Below are positions 31,105-39,798 of a DNA stretch of 64,000 nt, piece by piece. The position numbers were made by a program, and so were the translations under genes. Within the stretch, counting starts at the first letter, position 1; each line of letters starts with the position of its first letter. This DNA comes from an uncultured Verrucomicrobiae bacterium (GTDB lineage Bacteria > Verrucomicrobiota > Verrucomicrobiia > Limisphaerales > Palsa-1400). The notes below the pieces were generated by a model. The model ran no database searches. It was given only the letters and a program-made list of their open reading frames with translations, and had not been told where the DNA came from. Location: positions 1,952,001-2,016,000 of the forward strand of contig OY969763.1 of NCBI GenBank assembly GCA_963702845.1, given 5' to 3'.

Positions 31105-33696
31105 TCAGGCAGCCACCGTTTCAGCGGTTTTCAGGTCTTTGATCTCCTTTTTAAGCTTATTGAATTCTTCGATCTCGTTTTTAAGTAATTCCAAGCCCGG
31201 TTTTTTCCCGCCGAAATCGTCGCTATGCAAATGACCTTCCATGAATCTTGAAAGCGATCCGATCTTATCCCTTACTCGAATGAACACACACTTATCGAGA
31301 ACGACCCTCTCCAGAATATTCGGCCGTGTCCTTTCCTGGAATCGCTCGACCACTCCACCAAACAAATCGTAGATTATGAGGGCTTCGTAGGAGGTCCTCA
31401 ACGCCGCGAAACCTGCTTTAAGCGAGTGTTCTTGCGATTGTGGGTCTGCAGTTTTGGCGTCTTCCAAATGCATCTTTGCAAACTTATCACTTTTGTAATC
31501 CTTTTCGGATGCCGGCGAATTATTGAGGTAAATCTGTCCGGGCCGACTGGATTCGTCCTGTTTGTATATCCAGTGAACCATTGTATCCAGACCGAGTGAA
31601 TCGGCAAACTCCCGAAGCAGAAAAACGAAATGAAGGTCGTGGGTGAAAATGATCGTTTGGCGAGTTTCGGCCTCTGAAACAAGGCGCTTTGCCACATCTT
31701 CTTTCCATTCAATATCCAGTGAGGTGACGGGGTCATCCAGAACGATTCCGCAAGAGGACTCGTCCAGCGCTACCTCTGTTAAGAAATCTGCCAGGGAAGC
31801 AATTCGCTTTTCGCCCTCACTCAGAATGCGCGTCGCCGCGTATTCGCCTTTATACACAACCAGCTGCTTCAAAGGGGTCCCTTTAGTGTTCGACGTTTTT
31901 ATTTCGACCGGCAACGGTCGACCCAATTCGCGCAAGTTGTCCTTGAATAAACCGACATACTTCTTGGCGACCAGATCACCGAACAAGGCCTTTTGAAAAA
32001 CCGAGATGTGGTTCGTGGTCGGTTTGACCTTCAGCGCCTTTTCAGCCATTTGACGATTTAAGACAAACTGTCTTATTTGCTTCAGGTGCTTACCAACAAT
32101 TTGTCTGTGCTCAAAATTTCTGAGCTCAGCTTCGCGGGTTTCGATCTCTTTCTGAGGATCAGCTTTGTTGAGTCCGTCCAACTGGGCTGTTAGCGCTTCG
32201 ATAATCGGCTGTAGCTGCGGTGTTGGAACGGAACGCATGGGCACCGTTGTGACAGGCGACTTATCGGTAATCGACTTCAGTATTTGTGTTTGAAAGCCCT
32301 TCGCGTTTGCAACGAACGAGGCGACAAGCTTCTGCTCGCTTTCGTGTTCTGCTTCCAAGAGCTGATAAACCGAGGAGTTTTCATCAAAGAAGCCGATGTC
32401 GAGTTGCCCAATTTTCCGGTGAACGCCTTTCAACTGCTGCTCGCAGGACTGCATGTTCTGTTTAGAGTCGTCGTTGAGGAAATTCCAATACCTCTCGAAC
32501 AACTTGATGGCGTTCTCTTGCAATTCTTGATGGCAAAGCAAGCAATGATCGCCTTGCTTAGGATAAATAGTCCGGTCTTCTTCGTGAGTCAGCGCGTGGG
32601 CTTGGTGGATAAACTCTTGCCAGGAACCAGAGCCAATCTGTGGGAACAGTTCGTTTTTGAATGATGTCGCGCCCACGAGTTCCGATCGTGTTTTGGCAGC
32701 GTTGAAGTCGTCGATCAGTTTCTGGATCTCTTTTCTGGATTGAGTCCCGAGCGTCTGAGCAAGCGCATTTATTTTGGTAACTGAGTTCTGTAGGTCGCGA
32801 ATCGCTAAGGTTTTCTTTCGTACTTCGGCAGGGATGTTCAAGGAGCGGAATCTGGCGATCTCCTTTTTTAATCTGTCAATTTTTTGTTCGTCTGCCTCGG
32901 TTAACTTTCCCAGCTTCTCCAACCCATCAAGGTCTGTTTTTGAACTCAGAGCAGCGATCTTGGCCCTAACGTCGGAATTTCCTGCGAACTTATCCGAAAA
33001 GTCGTTTTCTTGGTTCCAGTTATCGATGCTGCTTTGCACATAGGAACCAACCTGGTCGCATACTTCGGCTAAAGACGTAAGATATTCGAGCCCGAGCGGG
33101 GAAAACTTGAACTCGTTTTCTTGGGTTAGGTGCGCACTAATGCTTTTCGTGTCATGCACATAAAATTGCTGTAACATCGGATGGTCATCATCGACATTGA
33201 AAGGAAGCTTTACGGGTCCAGCTTTCGTTTTTAGATGAAAGACGGCTTGTTTGGCGGTTTTCGATGCCTTGGGATCGGTGATATTGTGAAGAATTTCTTT
33301 GTCGCCACGAGTGAAACACGCATTTCCAAATAACCTTCCGTATCCAGATTTTCCGGTGCCGTTCGCTCCATAAATGATAGTGAGATGATCGCTAAAATCT
33401 AATTGTTGGCCATCAATCAAAGCATTGATGTTTTGAGTGCCCGTTATGGATGCGAGAAAAATCTTCTCTGAAGTCTTTTTTCCTTCCAGGGTTACAGCTT
33501 TTTGCAGTCCTTCTAGCTTTATGCGCTCATTTTTATTCTTTGTCACACCCGCATCTTCAAGCAGGCATTCGCCCATATATTCTATATCCGTGGGCTCTAT
33601 TTGCTCCCCACGGATAATAAGGTCTAGGGCGTATTGTTCCCAATATGGAAGTTTTTTAGCTTTGACCCAATCCAGTAGTTCTTTTGTGACATTCAT
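31105..33696 (-). CDS. Rad50/RloC-like ABC ATPase with zinc hook, probable defence protein
   Basis: Walker A GANGTGKS, CLLC hook inside a coiled coil, LSEGE signature, Walker B IVLDD, FTHD, C-terminal RFMEGHLH (possible HEPN-like motif). Confidence 0.85.
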   Translation of the reverse strand: MNVTKELLDWVKAKKLPYWEQYALDLIIRGEQIEPTDIEYMGECLLEDAGVTKNKNERIKLEGLQKAVTLEGKKTSEKIFLASITGTQNINALIDGQQLDFSDHLTIIYGANGTGKSGYGRLFGNACFTRGDKEILHNITDPKASKTAKQAVFHLKTKAGPVKLPFNVDDDHPMLQQFYVHDTKSISAHLTQENEFKFSPLGLEYLTSLAEVCDQVGSYVQSSIDNWNQENDFSDKFAGNSDVRAKIAALSSKTDLDGLEKLGKLTEADEQKIDRLKKEIARFRSLNIPAEVRKKTLAIRDLQNSVTKINALAQTLGTQSRKEIQKLIDDFNAAKTRSELVGATSFKNELFPQIGSGSWQEFIHQAHALTHEEDRTIYPKQGDHCLLCHQELQENAIKLFERYWNFLNDDSKQNMQSCEQQLKGVHRKIGQLDIGFFDENSSVYQLLEAEHESEQKLVASFVANAKGFQTQILKSITDKSPVTTVPMRSVPTPQLQPIIEALTAQLDGLNKADPQKEIETREAELRNFEHRQIVGKHLKQIRQFVLNRQMAEKALKVKPTTNHISVFQKALFGDLVAKKYVGLFKDNLRELGRPLPVEIKTSNTKGTPLKQLVVYKGEYAATRILSEGEKRIASLADFLTEVALDESSCGIVLDDPVTSLDIEWKEDVAKRLVSEAETRQTIIFTHDLHFVFLLREFADSLGLDTMVHWIYKQDESSRPGQIYLNNSPASEKDYKSDKFAKMHLEDAKTADPQSQEHSLKAGFAALRTSYEALIIYDLFGGVVERFQERTRPNILERVVLDKCVFIRVRDKIGSLSRFMEGHLHSDDFGGKKPGLELLKNEIEEFNKLKKEIKDLKTAETVAA

Positions 33697-33795
33697 AATT
33701 ACAAAACGGACGGACCCGCCATCAATGAGAGGCTGCCAGTTTTAGTTTATTTTACAGTAAATAAGACTGAGTGCATATGGAGTGCGAACTCAATA

Positions 33796-33830
33796 TTGTA
33801 CAGCGTCTGTGCTTCTGGTAATGTTGCTGC
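33796..33830 (+). promoter_or_regulatory. Leaderless promoter of the HTH gene
   Basis: TTGTAC-N17-(TG)TAATGT-N6-ATG; same geometry at 37389 and 39359. Confidence 0.65.
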
Positions 33831-34157
33831 ATGATCAATAGGGAGGCTCTAGACGAACTTAAGACGATCTGCGAGCGCATGGGGCACCTATGCGGGGATG
33901 AAGAAGCTCAAAGGATAGGTGAGCGAATTCTGAAGTTCATCATCAACTCAGAATATCTTCGGCCTCCGGAGTTGCTCTCGCTTGAGCAATCCGCTTTCGA
34001 TTTGATAAAAAATTCGAGCACCTCGCCTTCCATCCGAGCAATTACTGCCGCTATCGGACTGTCGTCTTCACGATCTGGATCTCGTGTTGTGCAAAGTCTG
34101 ATGCGGAAGCGACTCATTTGTCGCAATGCTGAGGGAAAGCTCACAGTCGCTCGATAG
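33831..34157 (+). CDS. Small helical domain + LexA-like winged HTH (cassette-associated)
   Basis: SPSIRAITAAIGLSSSRSGSRVVQSLMRKRLI; convergent on a family B tail. Confidence 0.8.
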   Translation: MINREALDELKTICERMGHLCGDEEAQRIGERILKFIINSEYLRPPELLSLEQSAFDLIKNSSTSPSIRAITAAIGLSSSRSGSRVVQSLMRKRLICRNAEGKLTVAR

Positions 34158-34199
34158 TTGCCGTAGTCGGCAAAGGGATGTGTCTTGTTACGAGACCCG

Positions 34200-34404
34200 T
34201 CAATTTGATAATGTGTTGTCACGCCCTTCACGCGAGATTCGACCAAATCTACCACCACGTTCACGTTTGCGTTTTGGAACGACGGAAGCGTTTCGATTGA
34301 ACGGATATCGGTTGAAAATATGAGAGTGTGGGTCGATCTTTTTCCATACCTTGTCTAATGCTGATTTTAGTGTTCTGGTTCTACCTTCGTCCACGTCCGG
34401 CACC
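34200..34404 (-). repeat. Orphan recombinase-like tail, family B copy 3
   Basis: VPDVDEGRTRTLKSALDKVWKKIDPHSHIFNRYPF...RKRERGGRF, open frame with no convincing start. Confidence 0.72.
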
Positions 34405-34708
34405 AAGTTCACCATTCGCGAAATAAGCTCAGATACAGGCGCTAATCCCCGGAGGTTTGGCGGGCAGCAAAGCGCCGAATTTTGGTAACTTAATCCGTGC
34501 GGGGGGCGAAGCTCGCCATGAAAACAGTTCTGCGTAACTTCAAGTAAAACTTGACACAGCCATATCGTTCGCCGAGAGTCGCACTACTTTCCCAATCAGC
34601 ACGAATTGAATAATCCGGGGATTCACCGAAGCGAATTGTTCAAGTGGAATCGACGCACCCTAACAAACTGAATATTCTTTCACCGATCCAATAACGAGAG
34701 GCAGGTTT

Positions 34709-36018
34709 ATGGCACATCCTAAAAAATCGAACAAGGATCAAGAGGCGACAGGGAAAAACCCGGAAAAACGAAAAGCAGCAATTGAGATTAAGGAACAAAA
34801 ATCGCCGGCGGTACGTTCCCACATATTTAAAACGTTTAAAACAATACCAAAAATTTATCTGGATGCTATTAAGACCCTTTCAGTCGACACAAAAAAGTCC
34901 CGACGACTGTTTGCCCAACTCAATAAGCACAAGGCTTCTGGAATTGTAAGAAACGTAAAACCATTGGCTGACTCGGTGCTTATTCCTAGCGGAAAGGACA
35001 CAGATGTAGTTGTCAGCAAACTGGGTCCGCCGAAAAATATTAAAATTCACGACGGTGGCGGGGGGCGAATGCCAAATGCTCAAGTGTATCTGGTATTCTG
35101 GGGCGATAAGTGGGCCAACAATCCCCCTTCCAATCCCTCGCTACAGGATATTTACGCTGATATCTCTGCCATACTCGGGAGTTCGTATCTTTATTCCGCC
35201 TTTCAATATAAACTGGGATGGAATGCCGGCGGGGCATCGCTGTCCAATGCCTGGATAGATAAACGAGGGGTGCCCAGTTACGATTTCACCATGGTTGACG
35301 TTAACTATGAAGCATGGCTGATGATGACAAGTGGGCCAATCAGCCCTGATAGCGACACAATAGTTTGCGTAATTATGGAACCTGGGGCCTCGCCGTCGGA
35401 AGATTTGCGTGGAGAGCACCAATGGAGCATTCAGCCAGATTGTCAGCAAATTCCAACAATGTGGGTGAAATATGATACACGCGAACGTATGTCCTCCACC
35501 TTTTCGCATGAACTGGTGGAAACGGTGACGGATCCATTGGGGACGGGATACAGGCGGAGCCGACCGGCTATTTTGATTGGAATGAGATTGGCGATGTATG
35601 CGAAGGTTTTGACGGCACAGTGAATGGCGTCACTGTGCAGGCTTATTGGTCTGCGAAAGATAATTCCTGTGTGATTCCACGACCGGTACCTGTAAAAGCA
35701 TGGCAGATTACTTGCATTCAGAAACGTGGGAGTCATAGCAATCCGAACGAAAACATTAAAGTGGTAGCTGGAATTCACATTCCTTCCGGTCAGAAGTTTT
35801 GGATGAAACAGGAAGAAGTTATGGCAAGAATAGACAAAGGGGATCAATTCTTCGTTGCCGGGGCCGATGGAAGCCAAGCGCAAGTTAAAGTCTTTGTCCA
35901 CTTCCCGCCTTGGCAGCCGCAAGGCAGTCGTTACATTGCAACCGTAGCCGACGACAGTACGGACGATAATCTGCTTTCGCTGCCAGACTGCCTGCAGGCC
36001 GATTTGCGTAATGGATAA
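34709..36018 (+). CDS. Phi-1/EXORDIUM-like (HELVE..TDP) domain + DUF3892-like C-terminus, split by a 1-nt deletion at ~35546
   Basis: VYLVFWG, SHELVETVTDP; the shifted frame gives WNEIGDVC..VQAYWS; C-terminus YIATVAD...DNLLSLPDC. Confidence 0.7.
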
Positions 36019-36076
36019 GTGATAAACACATCGAAATTAGACGGTCGCGGGGGACGCGCTTGCCGTTTAAAACATA

Positions 36077-36363
36077 TCGACGCCTCTTTGATTAATTCCT
36101 AACGGTGTCAGTATCTGAAGTCTCACCACAACTCATGGCCGTCGCTAAGTCGGGGAGTTTTCCCTGCATATTTAATGCTATAATAAGGCCAAGAATTTTC
36201 CTCCACGTTCGAGGTCTGTCACGTTGTGGGGGACACGATATGCCGAATTCGGCAAATGGAAGTGTCGGAATGCCCTCTACTGAGAGCTGATTTTAACAAT
36301 AAAAAGTCACGAGTAAACACCGTTTGTCAAAACCACCGGTAAACACCTGTTAGCAGGTAAACA
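36077..36363. repeat. Cassette junction repeat 3 (family A recombinase tail 36092-36235 plus spacer)
   Basis: Direct repeat of 37756-38040. The tail encodes CPPQRDRPRTWRKILGLIIALNMQGKLPDLATAMSCGETSDTDTVRN* on the minus strand. Confidence 0.92.
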
Positions 36364-36413
36364 GTCCTGCGTTATGTTTTGTTACAGCGACCGAATGTGG
36401 TACAACAATCCAT

Positions 36414-37373
36414 ATGACTAAGGTCACATTGGATACCAATTTATTGATTGAGCTTTTCGATCTCGGTATTGAGGGGAAAACAGTTCCGGCACTCGGAAAG
36501 ATTTTTAATCACTGTTTTGATTTTCAAAATATCGATCTCAAGATTACGACAAAAGTATCCGACGACTTGTTGGGGGATCGCATCAAGGAACGGGCCCAGG
36601 CATTAAAGCTGCGTATCGATAATTTGTTTTCCGTGCTCGGGGCAGGATACGTGTCCATCGATGATTTACCGAGCGATCCGATCGAAAAGCTCAACTTCAT
36701 TGAGCTTCAGCGAGTGCTTTTTCCAAATCTCATCACTACCGACAAGCGATATAAGAACAAGATCAACGATGTTCACCATCTCCATCGTCATATTCGCGCC
36801 GGCCGAGACGTCTTCATTACAAATGATTCCGACATGTTGAAAAAGAAGGACGCTTTAAAAACAGCGTTTAAAGTCGTGGTGATGAGTCCAGAGGAATGTG
36901 CAAAGTATCTCGATGTAATAACCGCGAAAGAAAGTTATCCTTTCGAGAAACACGTAGGTCGAGCCGACTATCATTCCCCGGCACTAAAAGGTACGGTGAC
37001 CTTTGATTTCACCAATAACGATCATAAGTATACGATTGGGACTGATGATTGGATTTTTGAAACTCGTTGGTCAGAGTGTAGCGACGACGAAATGTATGCC
37101 TACAACGACGCTCCATCGATCCTAGCATTGGCCGTTGCGGAGAATGTTTCGAAATTTAAGGACGTACATGATTTTGAAAGGTATGACTCAACATCTCGTG
37201 TTCGCCAACCTCGGAAGAATGTAGATATTCTCGTTCTGAAGAATTCGAAGGGATATTTTGCTGCGGTAAAGATCTGCAATATTGAGCTCAAACGCCGTGG
37301 GGGAAATAAGAATGAACTGACGTTTGAATACGTTATACAACCGAATGGGACATCATCATTCAAAGGTCTTTAA
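36414..37373 (+). CDS. PIN-domain nuclease fused to a C-terminal beta domain
   Basis: VTLDTNLLI...DVHHL..H...DVFITND (PIN acidic residues); C-domain FDFTNND..Y.IG...FETRWS. Confidence 0.75.
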   Translation: MTKVTLDTNLLIELFDLGIEGKTVPALGKIFNHCFDFQNIDLKITTKVSDDLLGDRIKERAQALKLRIDNLFSVLGAGYVSIDDLPSDPIEKLNFIELQRVLFPNLITTDKRYKNKINDVHHLHRHIRAGRDVFITNDSDMLKKKDALKTAFKVVVMSPEECAKYLDVITAKESYPFEKHVGRADYHSPALKGTVTFDFTNNDHKYTIGTDDWIFETRWSECSDDEMYAYNDAPSILALAVAENVSKFKDVHDFERYDSTSRVRQPRKNVDILVLKNSKGYFAAVKICNIELKRRGGNKNELTFEYVIQPNGTSSFKGL

Positions 37374-37423
37374 TTGATAGTGCCAGGCTTGTACAAAATC
37401 CATTCATCTGGCAATGTGTGCCG

Positions 37424-37771
37424 ATGGCGGATGAACTCAGTGAAGAACACAAGAAGGAGCTCGACCATGTCCTGGAAGCCGTTCAGCAATTCCTTTCTAC
37501 CGAAGAAGGCAGAGTAGTTTTTGATCGGCTTGAATCAATTTCAAACGGTATTCAGGCGCGGCAGGGGATAGTTGAACTCTCGTCGCACGAACGTCAGGCA
37601 CTACGATTCATTCAAACGGAACAAAGAAAGGGTTGTAATCCCTCTGTGCGGCAGATTTCGAAATCACTTGGATTTAGATCTTCTCGAACTGGCCACAAAA
37701 TTCTGAAATCATTGCGGACGAAAGGAGTTATTCCTGAACCTGCCGCCGACGTCAAATCGACGCCTCTTTGA
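37424..37771 (+). CDS. Cassette HTH protein (LexA-like wHTH), leaderless
   Basis: LSSHERQALRFI...PSVRQISKSLGFRSSRTGHKILKSL; promoter TTGTAC(37389)-N17-CAATGT-N6-ATG. Confidence 0.85.
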   Translation: MADELSEEHKKELDHVLEAVQQFLSTEEGRVVFDRLESISNGIQARQGIVELSSHERQALRFIQTEQRKGCNPSVRQISKSLGFRSSRTGHKILKSLRTKGVIPEPAADVKSTPL

Positions 37772-38040
37772 TTAATTCCAAACAGTGTCAGAATCTTCTG
37801 TGTCACCGTTCATAGCACGCTCAAGGTTGGGCAACTTGCCTTGGCGGTTTAATGCTATAATCAGGCCAAGAATCTCCTCACAGGTTCGAGGTGTGTCACG
37901 TTGTGGGGGACACGATATGCCGAATTCGGCAAATGGAAGTGTCGGAAAGCCCCCTACTGAGAGCTGATTTTGACAATAAAAAGTCACGAGTAAACACCGT
38001 TTGTCAAAACCACCGGTAAACACCTGGAGATAGGTAAACA
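37756..38040. repeat. Cassette junction repeat 2 (tail 37772-37912 plus spacer)
   Basis: Tail CPPQRDTPRTCEEILGLIIALNRQGKLPNLERAMNGDTEDSDTVWN*. Spacer is near-identical to 36236-36363. Confidence 0.92.
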
Positions 38041-38098
38041 CTTCACCAGAATAATCGGCTTACATTGAAAACTACGGTTGATGTGAGATAATCCGTCC

Positions 38099-39346
38099 AT
38101 GTTAGGTCAACCGTCAATTTCTGATTATTATCGCCAACTCGAACAAGAAGTTCGCAGTGATGTTATGCGCGAAACAGAAGAACAAATCTTAGGAACGGAT
38201 CCGGAGGAGTTAGCCCAGTATATTTTTGAGAAATATGCACTGTCACCTATAGAGCTAGATGCTGACCGTGAACCATCGTGGGATCCGCAAAATTACTTAA
38301 AGACGATTTCCGCTCAACAACGCGGTAATTTTTATGGGAGCAGTGGAGATCTCCGAGATTTTCCATGTCAGAAAGTTGCGGTTGAAGTCCCAATATTGCC
38401 AAATCCAAAGCTGCATCTCATTTCTCAAATGCATGGAGCGTCGTATTCATTGAGTTACTCGCTCAGTGACTTTCATTGGGGACAGGATTCCGTTTCGATG
38501 TCATTTCCAACGAAAGACTATCAATACCAAATGGATGATGCCGCAATAGCACATACAGTTGAGAATCAATTGCGGACAATCCACGAAACGATTAGTTCCC
38601 GTAACCAGGCTATTGAGCAGGGCAACAAACAATTGCTGACACAAACGAAATTTTATGTTCAGCAGCGTCGAGGAGAAATTGAGCAAAATAAACAGAAGCT
38701 CGAGGCTCTTACCAAGACCATCGGCGTTTCTTTAAAGAAGAAGGTTCCTGCGGGTGCACATCCTGTTCGTATTTCCCATACTCCACTTGTTCAAAGAGTA
38801 AAACCAAAACCAACGTTACCCGAGCAATATGTCCTAGATGAGAACAAAATCGATGATGTCATAAATTTGCTCGATAATCAGGCCCGTAGCTTCGAACAGA
38901 CTCCCGGCGCGTTCAAAGCATTAGGTGAAGAAGATCTCCGAGATATATTACTGTCGAATTTGAATTCCGTATTTGAAGGCGCCGCGACAGGGGAAACCTT
39001 TTCAAAAAAAGGGAAGACGGATATTTATCTGAAAATTGCGAAGGGTCAGATACTCATATGTGAATGCAAATTGTGGGCAGGTCGTTCTCTTTACGAAAAA
39101 ACTATTGATCAATTGCGAGGTTATCTGACGTGGCGGCATAACTACGGAATTATGATTACCTTTGTTCGTAATAAGGATTTTTCAAAGGTGTTACAAGAAA
39201 CCGAAAACGCGATTCAAGAACACCCATCATATCTGAATGGATTAAGGAAGATTGGAGAGACACATTTTGTATCTAATCACAAAGTTGATGACGATACGAA
39301 GGAAGTGAAGATTCACCATCTTTTTTATCACCTATATTCGAGTTAG
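38099..39346 (+). CDS. Protein with C-terminal PD-(D/E)xK restriction-like nuclease
   Basis: EEDLRD...GETFSKKGKTDI...ICECKLW...QLRGY; N-terminal globular domain plus coiled coil. Confidence 0.78.
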   Translation: MLGQPSISDYYRQLEQEVRSDVMRETEEQILGTDPEELAQYIFEKYALSPIELDADREPSWDPQNYLKTISAQQRGNFYGSSGDLRDFPCQKVAVEVPILPNPKLHLISQMHGASYSLSYSLSDFHWGQDSVSMSFPTKDYQYQMDDAAIAHTVENQLRTIHETISSRNQAIEQGNKQLLTQTKFYVQQRRGEIEQNKQKLEALTKTIGVSLKKKVPAGAHPVRISHTPLVQRVKPKPTLPEQYVLDENKIDDVINLLDNQARSFEQTPGAFKALGEEDLRDILLSNLNSVFEGAATGETFSKKGKTDIYLKIAKGQILICECKLWAGRSLYEKTIDQLRGYLTWRHNYGIMITFVRNKDFSKVLQETENAIQEHPSYLNGLRKIGETHFVSNHKVDDDTKEVKIHHLFYHLYSS

Positions 39347-39393
39347 ACATCAGTAGATTTGTACAAAATGCCTTAATCTGGCAATGTGTGCGG

Positions 39394-39798
39394 ATGACAC
39401 AAGAACTCAGCGACGAGCAAAAGAGGGAGCTTGATCACATTCTTGAAACTGTTCAGCAATTTCTTGCTACTGAAGAGGGAAAGGAAGCCTTCGATCGCCT
39501 TGAATCAATTTCAAACAGTATTCAGGCGCGACAGGGGATAGTTGAGCTCTCGTCGCACGAACGTCAGGCACTACGATTCATTCAAACGGAACAAGGAAAG
39601 GGCCGTAATCCTTCTGTGCGGCAGATTTCGAAATCACTTGGATTCAGATCTTCTCGAACTGGGCACAAAATCTTGAAATCATTACGGACGAAAGGAGTTA
39701 TTCCTAAACTTGCCACTGAAGGCAAATCGACGCCTCTTTTATTAATTCCAAACGGTGTCAGAATCAGAATTCTCACCACAACCCATGGCCGTCGCTAA
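39394..39798 (+). CDS. Cassette HTH protein, close paralog of 37424 (stop lost, overlaps recombinase end)
   Basis: Near-identical C-terminal two-thirds. CTTTGA to CTTTTA removes the stop. Same leaderless promoter at 39359. Confidence 0.85.
   Translation: MTQELSDEQKRELDHILETVQQFLATEEGKEAFDRLESISNSIQARQGIVELSSHERQALRFIQTEQGKGRNPSVRQISKSLGFRSSRTGHKILKSLRTKGVIPKLATEGKSTPLLLIPNGVRIRILTTTHGRR

Larger units (their letters stand above)
36236..37912. mobile_element. Putative recombinase-mobilised cassette (1677 bp): spacer - PIN gene - HTH - tail
   Basis: Bounded by identical GTTGTGGGGGACA junctions. Confidence 0.7.

Noticed and set aside
33831..39798. Calling the cassette HTH genes lexA
   Set aside because: Only the winged-HTH resemblance is present; no S24 peptidase domain or Ala-Gly cleavage site.
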